Shown: one piece after another, positions 10,875-21,177 of the stretch | How positions within the stretch are numbered: position 1 is the stretch's first letter | Layout: the number at the start of each line of letters is the position of its first letter | NCBI GenBank assembly: GCA_977018835.1 | Contig: OZ361256.1 | Span: 3,038,001-3,102,000 of the forward strand | Direction of reading: 5' to 3' | Source of the DNA: Minutocellus sp. GHC0000111 | Lineage: Eukaryota | DNA: 64,000 nt | Translations under genes and position numbers: made by a program | The notes under the pieces: generated by a model | Told to the model about the DNA's origin: nothing | Seen by the model: the letters and a program-made list of their open reading frames with translations, nothing else | The model's database searches: none

Positions 10875-11795
10875 ATGAGTCATTTTCGCGCTCCACCAAT
10901 TCGGCCATTTCTGAAGCAAGCAACATGGGCAGGGGGCAACAGAGAAGGCAATTCACGCGGCGGCTTCAAAAAGCAAGGCAGAGGCAGAGGTGGCGGGAGA
11001 GGCAGAGGTGGTCGCGGTCATGGAGGTGGCTTCGGTGGCAGGCGAAAATTGGAAATTACTTTCGATCCAGAAGCCAGACGAGAATATCTCACGGGAATGT
11101 CAGCAAGAAAGAAGGAACGGCGGGTCTTTGGCTTGGCAATGCAAAAGGTCAAGGACCGCAAGGAGAAATTAGAAAGGAGGAAGGAAGACAGAAAGAGCCG
11201 CCTTGAACAAATTGAAGAAGCCGAGAAGCTCAAGCGATTAGGCGACGACGATGACAGCGATAGCAGTGCAAGCGCTAGTAATAGCGAAGGGGAATCAGAT
11301 GACGGTGATGCATCGGTATCCTCAACTGAACGCAAAAGGTCAGAGAAGAGAAAGAAGAGCAAACATGATCACGAAGAAGTAGAGGAGACCAAAAAGACCT
11401 ACAACGATGCTGAGACAACCAATCAATTCGGTGGATCGGTCATCGTCACAACAACGTATGGGATACCATCGGATGATGAATCAGACGATCCGGATTTGCA
11501 GGGTATTGTGTCGAATAAGCCTCACATTGATGAAGCACAGAAATATGCCGGTAATGTAAAGAAGTACATGGGCCAAGTGAGATCCAATCTGCCAAGCAAG
11601 AAGCGCAAGCGCGAGGTGATGGGAGGAGGTGGCGGTCATCGCAAGGGCAAGCACGGAGCTGCTGATATGAAGGGCATGGGCTCTGGAACTGATTTGAAGA
11701 TGGCCAAGAAGGCTCTTGGCCGAGCAGCCGAAAAGGGTGGTGGAATGGAACGAGGTGGCAAGAAAGGAAAGAAGGGCAAGAAGGGACGACGATAA
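10875..11795 (+). CDS. NOL12: Nucleolar protein 12 / Nop25 (RRP17) family ribosome biogenesis factor
   Basis: LEITFDPEARREYLTGMSARKKERR matches the Nop25 family motif. RGG-rich N-terminus and Lys-rich tail. Confidence 0.75.
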   Translation: MSHFRAPPIRPFLKQATWAGGNREGNSRGGFKKQGRGRGGGRGRGGRGHGGGFGGRRKLEITFDPEARREYLTGMSARKKERRVFGLAMQKVKDRKEKLERRKEDRKSRLEQIEEAEKLKRLGDDDDSDSSASASNSEGESDDGDASVSSTERKRSEKRKKSKHDHEEVEETKKTYNDAETTNQFGGSVIVTTTYGIPSDDESDDPDLQGIVSNKPHIDEAQKYAGNVKKYMGQVRSNLPSKKRKREVMGGGGGHRKGKHGAADMKGMGSGTDLKMAKKALGRAAEKGGGMERGGKKGKKGKKGRR

Positions 11796-11868
11796 GCTTT
11801 CCAGCCAGAGGCTACAAATGAAATTGTTGTATTACTAGCTAGTTGCGTTATTTGATTCCAATATATTT

Positions 11869-12888
11869 TTACACCCCTTTCAAATCAAGCGATGCCACAT
11901 TGCCAGCAACAAATATCGCCGGTGAAACTGTCTTGCAATCTCCTCCCAAATCACTCTGAATTGATTGTACAATTGTAGCCAACGTTGCCCTCCACACTTT
12001 CTGCTCGGCTCTTCCAGCGCTCTGCACGATTGCACATGGAGTATCAGCAGTCCATCGATCGCCATTGGAGTCCACCAGTCTTTGCGATAACTGCCCCAAC
12101 TTATCCAAACGTCCGATCATGAGAAATACCAGCGTATCAACACCAATGTCTCCCCAATCGGTGTCACCGTCACCTCCAATACCGATGCCCTGTGCGTTGG
12201 TACCGCTAAACACTGCAAAGCTCTGGGAATCAAGCACAGGATCTGTCATTGGTATACCTGCGTAATGTGGGCCTGCAATCGACGAGCTCAAGTTTGGTAT
12301 AACTCTGTATGAAAGGTTGTTCTCGCGAAGAGCGTCAATTTCGGTGCGTGACCTTCCAAAGAGGAACGGATCGCCCGATTTGAGACGGAGTATTGTTGGA
12401 TACTTTTCTGGCTCTTTGGCGTACTCTACAATCAGCCGGTCGATTTCTGATTGTGGCACGGACGATGCATCATCTCCTCGTTTTCCAACACTGCGAACTA
12501 TGCAGCCTTCTTGAACCACCTTGCATATTTCTTCCTCTGAAAGCGACAAATTGTCGTGGAGGACCACGGCTGCCTTTGACAGGATAGCCAGGGTCGAGAG
12601 GGGCAGGTTTATCACTTCATTCGATACACCAGTCCCAATTATATTAACTTGCGGTGTGGTTGCATCGGTATCAGCATCAGGAGATAGGCGAGATATCAGT
12701 GCGTTTATGTCGCCACAGATGCTTGCTGCTGATGATGAAAGTGCCGTCGATGGTTGTTTGTGGTTGCGCGCCAGTTGAGATAGCGAGCATGAGTTGTGGT
12801 GTGGAGAAAAGCCATTAGCCGACCCAAACCCCGAAGAGACGCTACCAATGAGAGCAAATATGATGAAAGCTGAGGACTGTCGACTCAT
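11869..12888 (-). CDS. cobA: Plastid uroporphyrinogen-III C-methyltransferase (SUMT; siroheme pathway)
   Basis: RLKSGDPFLFGR, VGKRG, Q-EI, AGIPMT and SPAIFVAGNV tetrapyrrole methylase motifs. Bipartite presequence ANG-FSP. Confidence 0.88.
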   Translation of the reverse strand: MSRQSSAFIIFALIGSVSSGFGSANGFSPHHNSCSLSQLARNHKQPSTALSSSAASICGDINALISRLSPDADTDATTPQVNIIGTGVSNEVINLPLSTLAILSKAAVVLHDNLSLSEEEICKVVQEGCIVRSVGKRGDDASSVPQSEIDRLIVEYAKEPEKYPTILRLKSGDPFLFGRSRTEIDALRENNLSYRVIPNLSSSIAGPHYAGIPMTDPVLDSQSFAVFSGTNAQGIGIGGDGDTDWGDIGVDTLVFLMIGRLDKLGQLSQRLVDSNGDRWTADTPCAIVQSAGRAEQKVWRATLATIVQSIQSDLGGDCKTVSPAIFVAGNVASLDLKGV

Positions 12889-13147
12889 ATTAGCATCCGG
12901 TTCCTTTACGTCTTGATATTCACTGAGACGGTGTGACGAAATACAGTCGTATCCGGCACAATCTGGGCCTGATACAAACTAATACGATGGAACAAGCAAT
13001 AACGCTTCGTCGCTCAAGTCAATTGTCTTGAAGTAAAGGCGCCTGTTTATCGCCGCGAAATCCTGGCTGCCGGCTGACGCGACGGCTGACGATGACGTTT
13101 CGTATCATTTATCGGGCGCCGCTCTCTACCTCACCAGCAGAAGAGCC

Positions 13148-14189
13148 ATGCGCCTCTCGCTACTTGCAACGTGCGTCGCTACGGCGGGTGCGTTCACCAC
13201 CGTGCAGCCAGCAGCAAAGAGCACTCCTCTTTCCGCCTCTGCCGACCAGCAAAACGAACATGATCTCGGCCGGAGGGACTTGTTCCGCAATCTCGTGACA
13301 TCTGCTGGAACTGCCGCCTTGGTTTTGTCTCCCATGACGTCCAATGTTCCTGTGGCAAATGCCGCGGGGTCTGCTCTGGACGATCTTCCCTCCGAGGCTC
13401 AGAGGTCGTACAAGCAATACCGAATTCCCCTTCAGATTGCGGCAGACTATTATCTGTGGGAGCTTCGTGATAAGATCTCGGTCATCGATGATTGGGGAGA
13501 GGTCAATGAGGTACGTGTTCGAGAGAAATTCGATGCAGCATCTACCAAAAAAAGGCACACATTGAACCGTTCCCCGCGGGCAATTCACTTTTGGGTGTGT
13601 CCGATGGCATGCTCTGCTACTTTTCCGATCACAATCTAACTTTTGCCTCATGTTCTCTCTTTTTTGATTCCTGCAGCTGTACCGAGTGAACAACAACAAG
13701 GGCCAGGGTCAGCCCAGCCGCATTGAGCGTGATTACATCAATCCCATGCGAATCTTGTCTCTTAGTATGCCCCCGGATGCCGCTGAGGACATGAGGGAGG
13801 CTCAGTTCAAGTTTGAGAAAGCTGCTGCTGGTTTGTCCAAAATTACGACCGGAGTACGTCGGGACTTGCCGGTAGAGATTGGACCCAACGCGCAGAAGGA
13901 TGCGCTTGCCAAATGGGAAGATGGTCGGGTTGCTCTCAATGAGTTCTTTGCCATACTAAATGAGTCGACGGGTCTGAATGAGCTCAAGCCGGTGCCAGCA
14001 CCAGGCCCGAACCAGAACAAAGAGTATGGACGTTCGGAGAAGAAGTATTTCGAACTCATGAAGAAGACGAAGCTTTGCCAGAATCGCGGTGGACCTGCTC
14101 TGTCTCAAGCATGGGGTCAATTGATGGTGTCGGGATACTTACAGGACTCTTGTGGCATCCCAGACATGGACACATATTTCTATCAGTAG
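13148..14189 (+). CDS. Thylakoid-lumen-targeted hypothetical protein (2 exons: 13148-13510, 13677-14189)
   Basis: AGA-FTT plastid signal, twin-arginine GRRDLF plus ANA cleavage site. A GT...CAG intron joins the two ORFs in frame (EVNE|LYRVN). Confidence 0.8.
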
Positions 14190-14354
14190 AGCCTGTGGTG
14201 TTTGGGTACGTGTGGTGGGTGACAATGTGTGGGTGACAATACGTGCTAGAAGAATCAATTTGTAGGATTCAGGATGCGAACCCACGAATAGGTCTAGCTA
14301 GCCACTCTCGCTTTTGTGCAATGAAATTCTTAGAGCACCGATATATCTCTTATA

Positions 14355-15380
14355 TTAGCAGTTATCGTCATGATAAATCCAATCGTCTTGCTTTTGACCT
14401 GGCTTATTCATGGCCTGCCGAGCGTTGTCCATGGGCAGACTCTTCTTACGGGCGCCACTAAGAATGCTCATGATACTGACCGCCAGGCTTTGTGCCGTCA
14501 TCGTTGGTCTCCAATCCTTACCCAATAGGCTCAAACAAATATCGCCGTTGGTATACACATGCTCGTGCCGAGGAGTCGGTTGCATAAAGTACACACTCGG
14601 GGGCTGCGTGGGATAGTCGGCGGGGAACTGAATGCGCAGCCGATACTTTTCCCCGGCATAAATCGTATCCTCGGGCATCTTGAACGTGACGATCCACACC
14701 CGTATGTTTTTGCCCACCGACACCTTGAGGTTGGGCGGTGGCGACGAGAGGAATTGCTTCAGCTCCTTCTGGATGCGGTAGTTTGGACTGGTCGACTTCA
14801 AGCTGGTGGCCAGATGCTTCTTGGCGGCGGCAGATCCCCCTCCGCTACCTCCGCCTCCAGCTGCTGCCTTCTTCTTCTTTGGTGGTGCCTTGACCGGCTC
14901 CGCCTCTTCGTCATCACTGCTCTCATCCTCTGCTACAGTAGCTCTACTCTTTTTGCTCTTGCTGGACTTCTTCTTGCTGCCACTGCTTCTACTGCTCTTC
15001 TTTGCCTTTTCTACAACCTTGACCGGTACCAAATCAAGACCCGTCAGCGACTCCACAATCTTGAAAAGCACCTTGAGCAGACTTGCCAAAGTGGGTGATA
15101 TCTTGCCCACCGTATTCAGAATACCCGCAACGAGGGCATTGGCACTCTCGGTCTTGACCGATATGGACTTTTGGGCTCCACCCCGAGGAATTGTCTCCAC
15201 GATGGCACAAGCCTCACATGCTGCTGGTGGTTCCACGTGCGTCATCACTCGGCGGTTCAAGCGTTGTGTCGGTTCGAACGATGTCCTTTGAGGCACCGGA
15301 CCGGCAAATCCCCGCGGTGCAGCATCGCAGGGGGCTGCAAATACGGTTGCTATGAGCAGCAAGCAGGCGAGCATGCTCAT
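14355..15380 (-). CDS. UBE2W: Ubiquitin-conjugating enzyme E2, UBE2W-like, with signal peptide and long N-terminal extension
   Basis: HEHVYTNGDICLSLLGKDWRP active site and WIYHDDNC C-terminus typical of UBE2W. MSMLACLLLIATVFAAPCDA signal. Confidence 0.85.
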   Translation of the reverse strand: MSMLACLLLIATVFAAPCDAAPRGFAGPVPQRTSFEPTQRLNRRVMTHVEPPAACEACAIVETIPRGGAQKSISVKTESANALVAGILNTVGKISPTLASLLKVLFKIVESLTGLDLVPVKVVEKAKKSSRSSGSKKKSSKSKKSRATVAEDESSDDEEAEPVKAPPKKKKAAAGGGGSGGGSAAAKKHLATSLKSTSPNYRIQKELKQFLSSPPPNLKVSVGKNIRVWIVTFKMPEDTIYAGEKYRLRIQFPADYPTQPPSVYFMQPTPRHEHVYTNGDICLSLLGKDWRPTMTAQSLAVSIMSILSGARKKSLPMDNARQAMNKPGQKQDDWIYHDDNC

Positions 15381-15548
15381 ATTGAGGCGAAGGGGGGTCA
15401 ACTTGAACGTGGAGCGAAGAAGTGCTTGTGGGGTGTGGGGGGATTTTGGAGGTCTGGTTTAGTTTCCTCAACCCCGAAAATCACTACAGGAGTACAGGAA
15501 GCAACCAATCAAAGGAAAAGACAAGCCAAAAGATACGAAACGACCAAT

Positions 15549-16829
15549 ATGACGAAGAGAAGAATGCGAATACCATGCTCTCTATCCAATTGCTGCGCAT
15601 TATGCTTACTCCTCTTTGTGGTCTCATATTATGCCAGCGCCGCCGATGAAGAACCAGCATCTACTTGCGCAGCCTCCCAAGATCTACAAACGGAACCGCC
15701 CCAGGATGTGTCGGGTGGGTTCCTCATCTTTGCCCTCGCAATGGGAAGATATGGGAATCAGATGGAGCATTTGCTGGGGGCATTGGCCGAAGCCAAGCGT
15801 CGGGCACCCAGTCGAATTGTTGTCCTGCCCTCCTTCATCGTGTGGAGGTATGGACGCGGTCGAAAGAATGCTCACATTCCAGTCGAAGCGGTGTTCGATC
15901 TGGACACATTAAGACGAGACTTTCATCCCAATATTGTTACCTATGAAGAATTTCAGAGAATACATGTAGAATTGCGGTGGAATTCCAAAGATGCCACAAT
16001 ATACTGCAACAGTGCACACAAAGCAGCGGATCACTTCAAGTGCACACCGGACGTCGAGAATGGAACATATTGGCACTTTCTTGGGATTGAATTTACAAAG
16101 GAACACTATTTCCATAATGCTGTGTTCAATCTCAGCTCAAAAGACCACCCAGTAATAATTGTGAGCAATTCATTATCTGCGCCATTTCCGATGAGACCAC
16201 AAGATCGCTATGTGGCGAAATATCTCAAATGGACCGATCGAATGGAGGAAAGACGGCAGACATTCCTATTGGAAAATGGAATATCATCAGAAGATGACAT
16301 TGTTGTCGCCACACATTTGCGAGCAGGGTCGGACTGGGTCAAAGCATGCAAACACGCCGTGGGACGTGACACGTACATGGCCAGTCCTCAATGCTCAGAG
16401 GAGATGAGACGACATAACATGTCCACAATTTCTATGGAACTCTGCTTGCCGACTGTCAATGTTGGTTCGGTTGCATCTGATCTTCAAACAGCAGCGGAGC
16501 AAGCGAAGAAGAGGAGTGAGAAAAAGGGAGGTCGTGTCGTTCTATTTGTTGCCACAGACGTTCCAGGACTTGGGGGGAAGATATGGTCGGAATATAACCT
16601 CGGCGACACATATGATTTATTGATTAGCACTAGCGAACCGGCGGATACAGATGACCACAGCGATGGCGTCGATGCATTGATGGGGGACCCGTCACTTCTG
16701 GACCTCAACGTTATGACGCACGCGGACTATCTGCTGGGGAACTGTGTTAGCAGTTTCACTTCCTTCGCCGCTCGAATCCGAACGGAGCAAGGCATTGGTC
16801 TTGGGACCGAATTCTTTGGACTGCTGTAA
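15549..16829 (+). CDS. POFUT1: GDP-fucose protein O-fucosyltransferase 1-like (GT65)
   Basis: MGRYGNQMEHLLG, HLRAGSDWVKAC, MASPQC and GNCVSSFTSF motifs, plus an N-terminal signal or anchor. Confidence 0.8.
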   Translation: MTKRRMRIPCSLSNCCALCLLLFVVSYYASAADEEPASTCAASQDLQTEPPQDVSGGFLIFALAMGRYGNQMEHLLGALAEAKRRAPSRIVVLPSFIVWRYGRGRKNAHIPVEAVFDLDTLRRDFHPNIVTYEEFQRIHVELRWNSKDATIYCNSAHKAADHFKCTPDVENGTYWHFLGIEFTKEHYFHNAVFNLSSKDHPVIIVSNSLSAPFPMRPQDRYVAKYLKWTDRMEERRQTFLLENGISSEDDIVVATHLRAGSDWVKACKHAVGRDTYMASPQCSEEMRRHNMSTISMELCLPTVNVGSVASDLQTAAEQAKKRSEKKGGRVVLFVATDVPGLGGKIWSEYNLGDTYDLLISTSEPADTDDHSDGVDALMGDPSLLDLNVMTHADYLLGNCVSSFTSFAARIRTEQGIGLGTEFFGLL

Positions 16830-17311
16830 ACTCACATTATAACATACAGACTACAAGCTGCTGGTGGTATAGAATTCGACAACTTTCCGTATACTAGTAC
16901 AATGTACATGTAGATCTAGATCTAGACTAGATTCACGCCCGTGTACATCTATGACGTCCTACATGTACATGTATGTATCTGGAGGGTGAGAGACTTGTTG
17001 TTGTGTTCTCAGACTGCTATGGAGTGATTCTGTGCAAGCAAGCCTCATTTTTCTGCAGGACCATGAGATTCTTTTTCGGCGAGAGTTTCCGGCCCATCGT
17101 CGTTGGATTCCTCGCCTCGGCTATGTCGATGCCATCAAGCGCAGACAAGTGGAGAGTGATCGTTTCCGCCTAATCTCATTCTTTTCAGACAGACAGATTC
17201 GTAATCTGAATCACTGCATTTGATAGCTTGAAGCTGTCGCAATCGAAAAGCCACGGATCTTGTGTCTACTCTCGAGCTACCGTAGCTAGAATTGCCTCCC
17301 CCGAATCAACC

Positions 17312-19875
17312 ATGCCCATCGTTAACCGTCGCGCCGTCGCTGGTCTCATTGCCGTTGTCCGCAGCATCCATGCTAGGCCCAGCGACAAGCCGCTTACTTT
17401 CAACTCCAACACCTCTGGTGGACTTCGCAAGATGCAAGTGACTACTGACAACTACTGGATGGCTCCCATCAAAGAGGTGAGTAAAAGGTGCCCATGTGTT
17501 ATTACGCATGCTTTGACAAAGGCAAACCAAGACTTGGCAACTTTTCATTCATCTCGAGCCATGATTCGTTCTCAACGCATAGACGAATCTTTGAATCTTA
17601 ACGCAAGTTGCCTGCTTACTCTAACAATCTAGCTACTACAATATAATATTCTCTCATCACCGCGCCATTCCTTCCTCCTTTCTCAATAATACATGCACAC
17701 AGCTCGACATTACCTGTGTCGGAGATTCCATCAAGGCTGGTGGCGATACCGGCATCGAGACCAACTGCATTACGGCCGGCCAAGCCCTGTGCCAGGACAA
17801 CGACGACGGTTACTTCGGCCGTTGGGTTTTTGGCATTTCTGAGGATAATGTGGTCACTCTGTGGGATTCCAAGAACGATGCAAATGGGAGTTCTGCACCG
17901 ACGTGACCCACATCTGCGTTTCCGAGGAAACAAGCGACGACAGCGACAAGTACTGCGATCGCAAGCGCCCTTCGCTCTTCTTCTACAACGACAAGGTTCA
18001 GAAGCACGTCTTCGAGCTGCCGTGCGATGGAACGGACGGCTTCGATAATCAGAACCAGGACAAGCCCGCCATCCTCAAGATGAACAACAATGCCGGCGTC
18101 GTTAGCTCCGTGGGGACGGTCAAGTACCCAACGCAGATTGTCAAGTTCAAACGTGGTCAGACCGACGATGAGAAAGATGATGGGGCCCTTTGGGCTCTCA
18201 ATGCAGACTGGAATGGTTTCGTCCCAGGATCTGCCAATCAGATTGGCAGTCTTGCGATTGAGGAGGAGGTACGTTCTGTGCATGCTATATTTCTATCCTA
18301 TGAAGCTTCGTTTGGGTAGTATAACTCACACCGATAGCCTTCGCCTTCTACTTCTCCTTCTTCTTCTTCTTCTTCTTCTTCTCTCTCTCTTCCACAGTAT
18401 AATAGCGACAAGTGCGAATACGACAGAACTTGTCTTTACTGTGGGGAGACTCTCACTGAAGACTTCATGTTCATGCAGGATCTTGTCTGCGACTGTCCTC
18501 GTGGCGATGCCGTCGAGTACGCTGCTGTGACCGTTCAGGGACCGGCCGAGCTTGACTTCAACGGATACAAGGTTGAGTGCACTGACAATTCGTACGTCGA
18601 CACTGATCTCGGTACTGTTGTTTACGTGACTGGTAAGGGGGCCGTCCTTACTGACTCCACCGCGTCTTCGGATGTGGGCCCTGACAGTCCCATCAATGTC
18701 CAAGGTGGAAACGTTGGTGTCGTCATTGGTGGAGATGGAGGGCATGAAATCCAAAGCCTCCATGTGGCCCAGACAGGAAACGACGGCATTGTGGTTACCT
18801 CGAGCTTCAACAAGATTCTCAACAGTGCCGCAACGGATAACGGCTCTGGTATTGATGGAGACTTCAATGGCGACGGTATTGATCTTGAGCCCACTGGAAC
18901 TTTCAACCTTGTTCAGGGCAACACAGTGAGTTATTTTGGTGACGACGGTATTGACAACGATGGAAGCCACAACACCTTCATTGGGAATACTATCGTGAAC
19001 GATATTAACCGGAACATAGCCACTGAGAATTCTGAGGACGGTGTTAGTACCCGCGGTGTATACAACAAGTTCATCGAAAATTCCATTACTGGGACCAAAA
19101 AGGACGGTGAGTTGTGCTAGACTACGTCTTTACTTATATGTGCTATCACTCGTTGAGACTTGTATATTATGTGAGACTGATGTGTCCTTGCTTGACTTCT
19201 TTTCTCTTCTCTCTGTTAGGCTTTGATATCAAGTATGATGAACCTGATAACGAGCCCACCCCTGAAGATATTACCGGCATGTGCCCTGGCGGTAGTGAAG
19301 ATGATTATACCGGAGGCTACAACCTTATTGTTTCCAATGTCGTAAGCGATATGGACGACGGCAAGGGCTTCAAAATCCGCTCCGATTACAACACGATCAT
19401 TCGCAATACCGCTCAGAACTCTGGAGGCGACAACTCAGGATTCAACGTTGACAAGGGCGATTGTGCCAAGTATGACGATGAGGATGGACCTGGTTTGGGT
19501 CCACTCTTTGTCGGTGGACTTTACAACTACCTCGGATACAACGTCGCTACTGACAACGGAGGCTCTGGTTTTGATATTGAATCAAACTCCAACACTGTTG
19601 TCTTTAACGTTGCCAACTCCAACGGCCAGAATTCTGGAGGCGAAGATGGCGCCGGATTCTACATCGGATACAAGGATGCCAAGACGGATGGCAGCCGAAA
19701 GGAGTATGGCTTCGACAACATCCTTGCCAAAAATGAGGCCCAGGACAATTTGATCGACGCGACTGCTCCGGAGATCGTTGATTACCTTGTCGAAGGTGAT
19801 GACTCTTGTGAGCTCAACTCCTTTGCTGACAATAATGGCTCCGTCTTTATGCCCAATTGTACCATGGGCGTCTAA
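17312..19875 (+). CDS. Secreted acidic protein with a Cys-rich N-domain and parallel beta-helix repeats (exons about 17312-17476, 17703-18268, 18398-19106, 19220-19875); 1-nt frameshift near 17882
   Basis: Signal peptide, then CGETLTEDFMFMQDLVC followed by repeated GI...N-x-I/V-x-N motifs. Canonical GT-AG junctions join the exons in phase. The frame switches at WDSKND/KWEFC. Confidence 0.7.
18345..18390. repeat. Intronic (CTT)n/(CT)n microsatellite
   Basis: Direct read; it forms the polypyrimidine tract of intron 2. Confidence 0.9.
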
Positions 19876-20036
19876 TTTACATGTATGTATCAATTTTTTG
19901 TATCTCTCTCTAAAGAGTTTGGCCATGGACCGAATTATTCGGGCGTTTGCCGTAGCACCATGCGAAGCAACCGCATGGTAGCCCAGTAACTCTAGCGCAT
20001 ATCAAAAACGTTTTCATCTGCATTCGCAGTATGTAG

Positions 20037-20849
20037 CTAGCTCGATTTCTTCGCCGCACTGGTCGTCGATGAGTCCTTCCCACCGATGATTTTCTTTAGC
20101 CTCTTTACAATTCGTCCCGCCCATAATATTTGCAGTGCGCCCAAAAATGTGTTGGCCAATAGCAATCCGAGAAGGTACGGCCTCCACGTACCACCATCTT
20201 CCGGCGGATCTCTCAGATTGATGATGGCAACCCGCCAAAAGGCGCAGTTCATCAACGGCCAAATGACAGCTCGCACCAGCAGGAAGGACAGGGCAAACAG
20301 CACCTGCGCCGCGGTGCTGACCACGCCAAAGCTTTCCTTCAATGATTTCGGTCCGTACCGAAAGATGTCGACGAATACCAAGAACAGGGTGCTGACCGAA
20401 GCAATGCCGAGGTAAAATAATCCATAGAACTCAGGCCCGTGTGCTTGTGACATTTTGGCAATCATCATGGTCAAAACGTGATGTCCGAGGAATTCCACGG
20501 TACGGTATTGAGGCATAACTATGCATGACAATGTGTTGAACACCTCGTAGGCAAAGGTAATTTGGGACAAGTGGGCAAATCCCTCGTGCTCGGCACGGAG
20601 ACGCGAATACGGGTCGGTGTTGAGGTCCATCATGGTCCCGTCGAATAATGCCGAAAAGCCAAATTTTACAAATTGGATGGTCGCCACGAAACTGACAAGG
20701 GGATAGGCCAGATTGAGTTCCTTCCCGCGAGCTTCTTTGACGTATCGGAGGGCGTACCAAAGCAACGCATCGAGGCATACCAGGAGGGCGATCCATCTCC
20801 GTTCCTTTTCGGTGATGTACTCGTCGATGGAGTCGATAATTGAAGTCAT
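20037..20849 (-). CDS. TLC (TRAM/LAG1/CLN8) domain membrane protein
   Basis: Multiple TM helices, FLGHH motif, VSTLFL, FALSFLLVR, LQILW, and a KKSS ER-retrieval-like tail. Confidence 0.75.
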   Translation of the reverse strand: MTSIIDSIDEYITEKERRWIALLVCLDALLWYALRYVKEARGKELNLAYPLVSFVATIQFVKFGFSALFDGTMMDLNTDPYSRLRAEHEGFAHLSQITFAYEVFNTLSCIVMPQYRTVEFLGHHVLTMMIAKMSQAHGPEFYGLFYLGIASVSTLFLVFVDIFRYGPKSLKESFGVVSTAAQVLFALSFLLVRAVIWPLMNCAFWRVAIINLRDPPEDGGTWRPYLLGLLLANTFLGALQILWAGRIVKRLKKIIGGKDSSTTSAAKKSS

Positions 20850-21177
20850 TATTATAGAAATTTCAATCGGCGAATGCCTTGTCAGTTGCACAGTTACTTA
20901 TGTGTCGAATGCTTTGAGTAGCACGTTGGGAGGCAAGGAGCCGAGCGAAGCAACAAAGCGTTCGAGGCGATCGAGGAACAATGCAAGCATGGAGCGAACT
21001 GGTAAAATCCAAGCAAGCCGAGCGAGAGCTTGAACTGGCGAACTGGCATTGGTGCACTCCCCACTACGACGTCTTTTCCGGCACATAATTTCGAGCATCT
21101 GGATATGTACGTATACGGAGCTCGTAGCTCTGGCTGGCCCTTCATTTTTCCCGTATTCCTCAGCAACAATCGCCACC

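Noticed and set aside
11869..12888. Bacterial contamination or a cobalamin operon
   Set aside because: The gene has a eukaryotic bipartite plastid presequence and intron-containing neighbours, and no other cob or cys genes are present.
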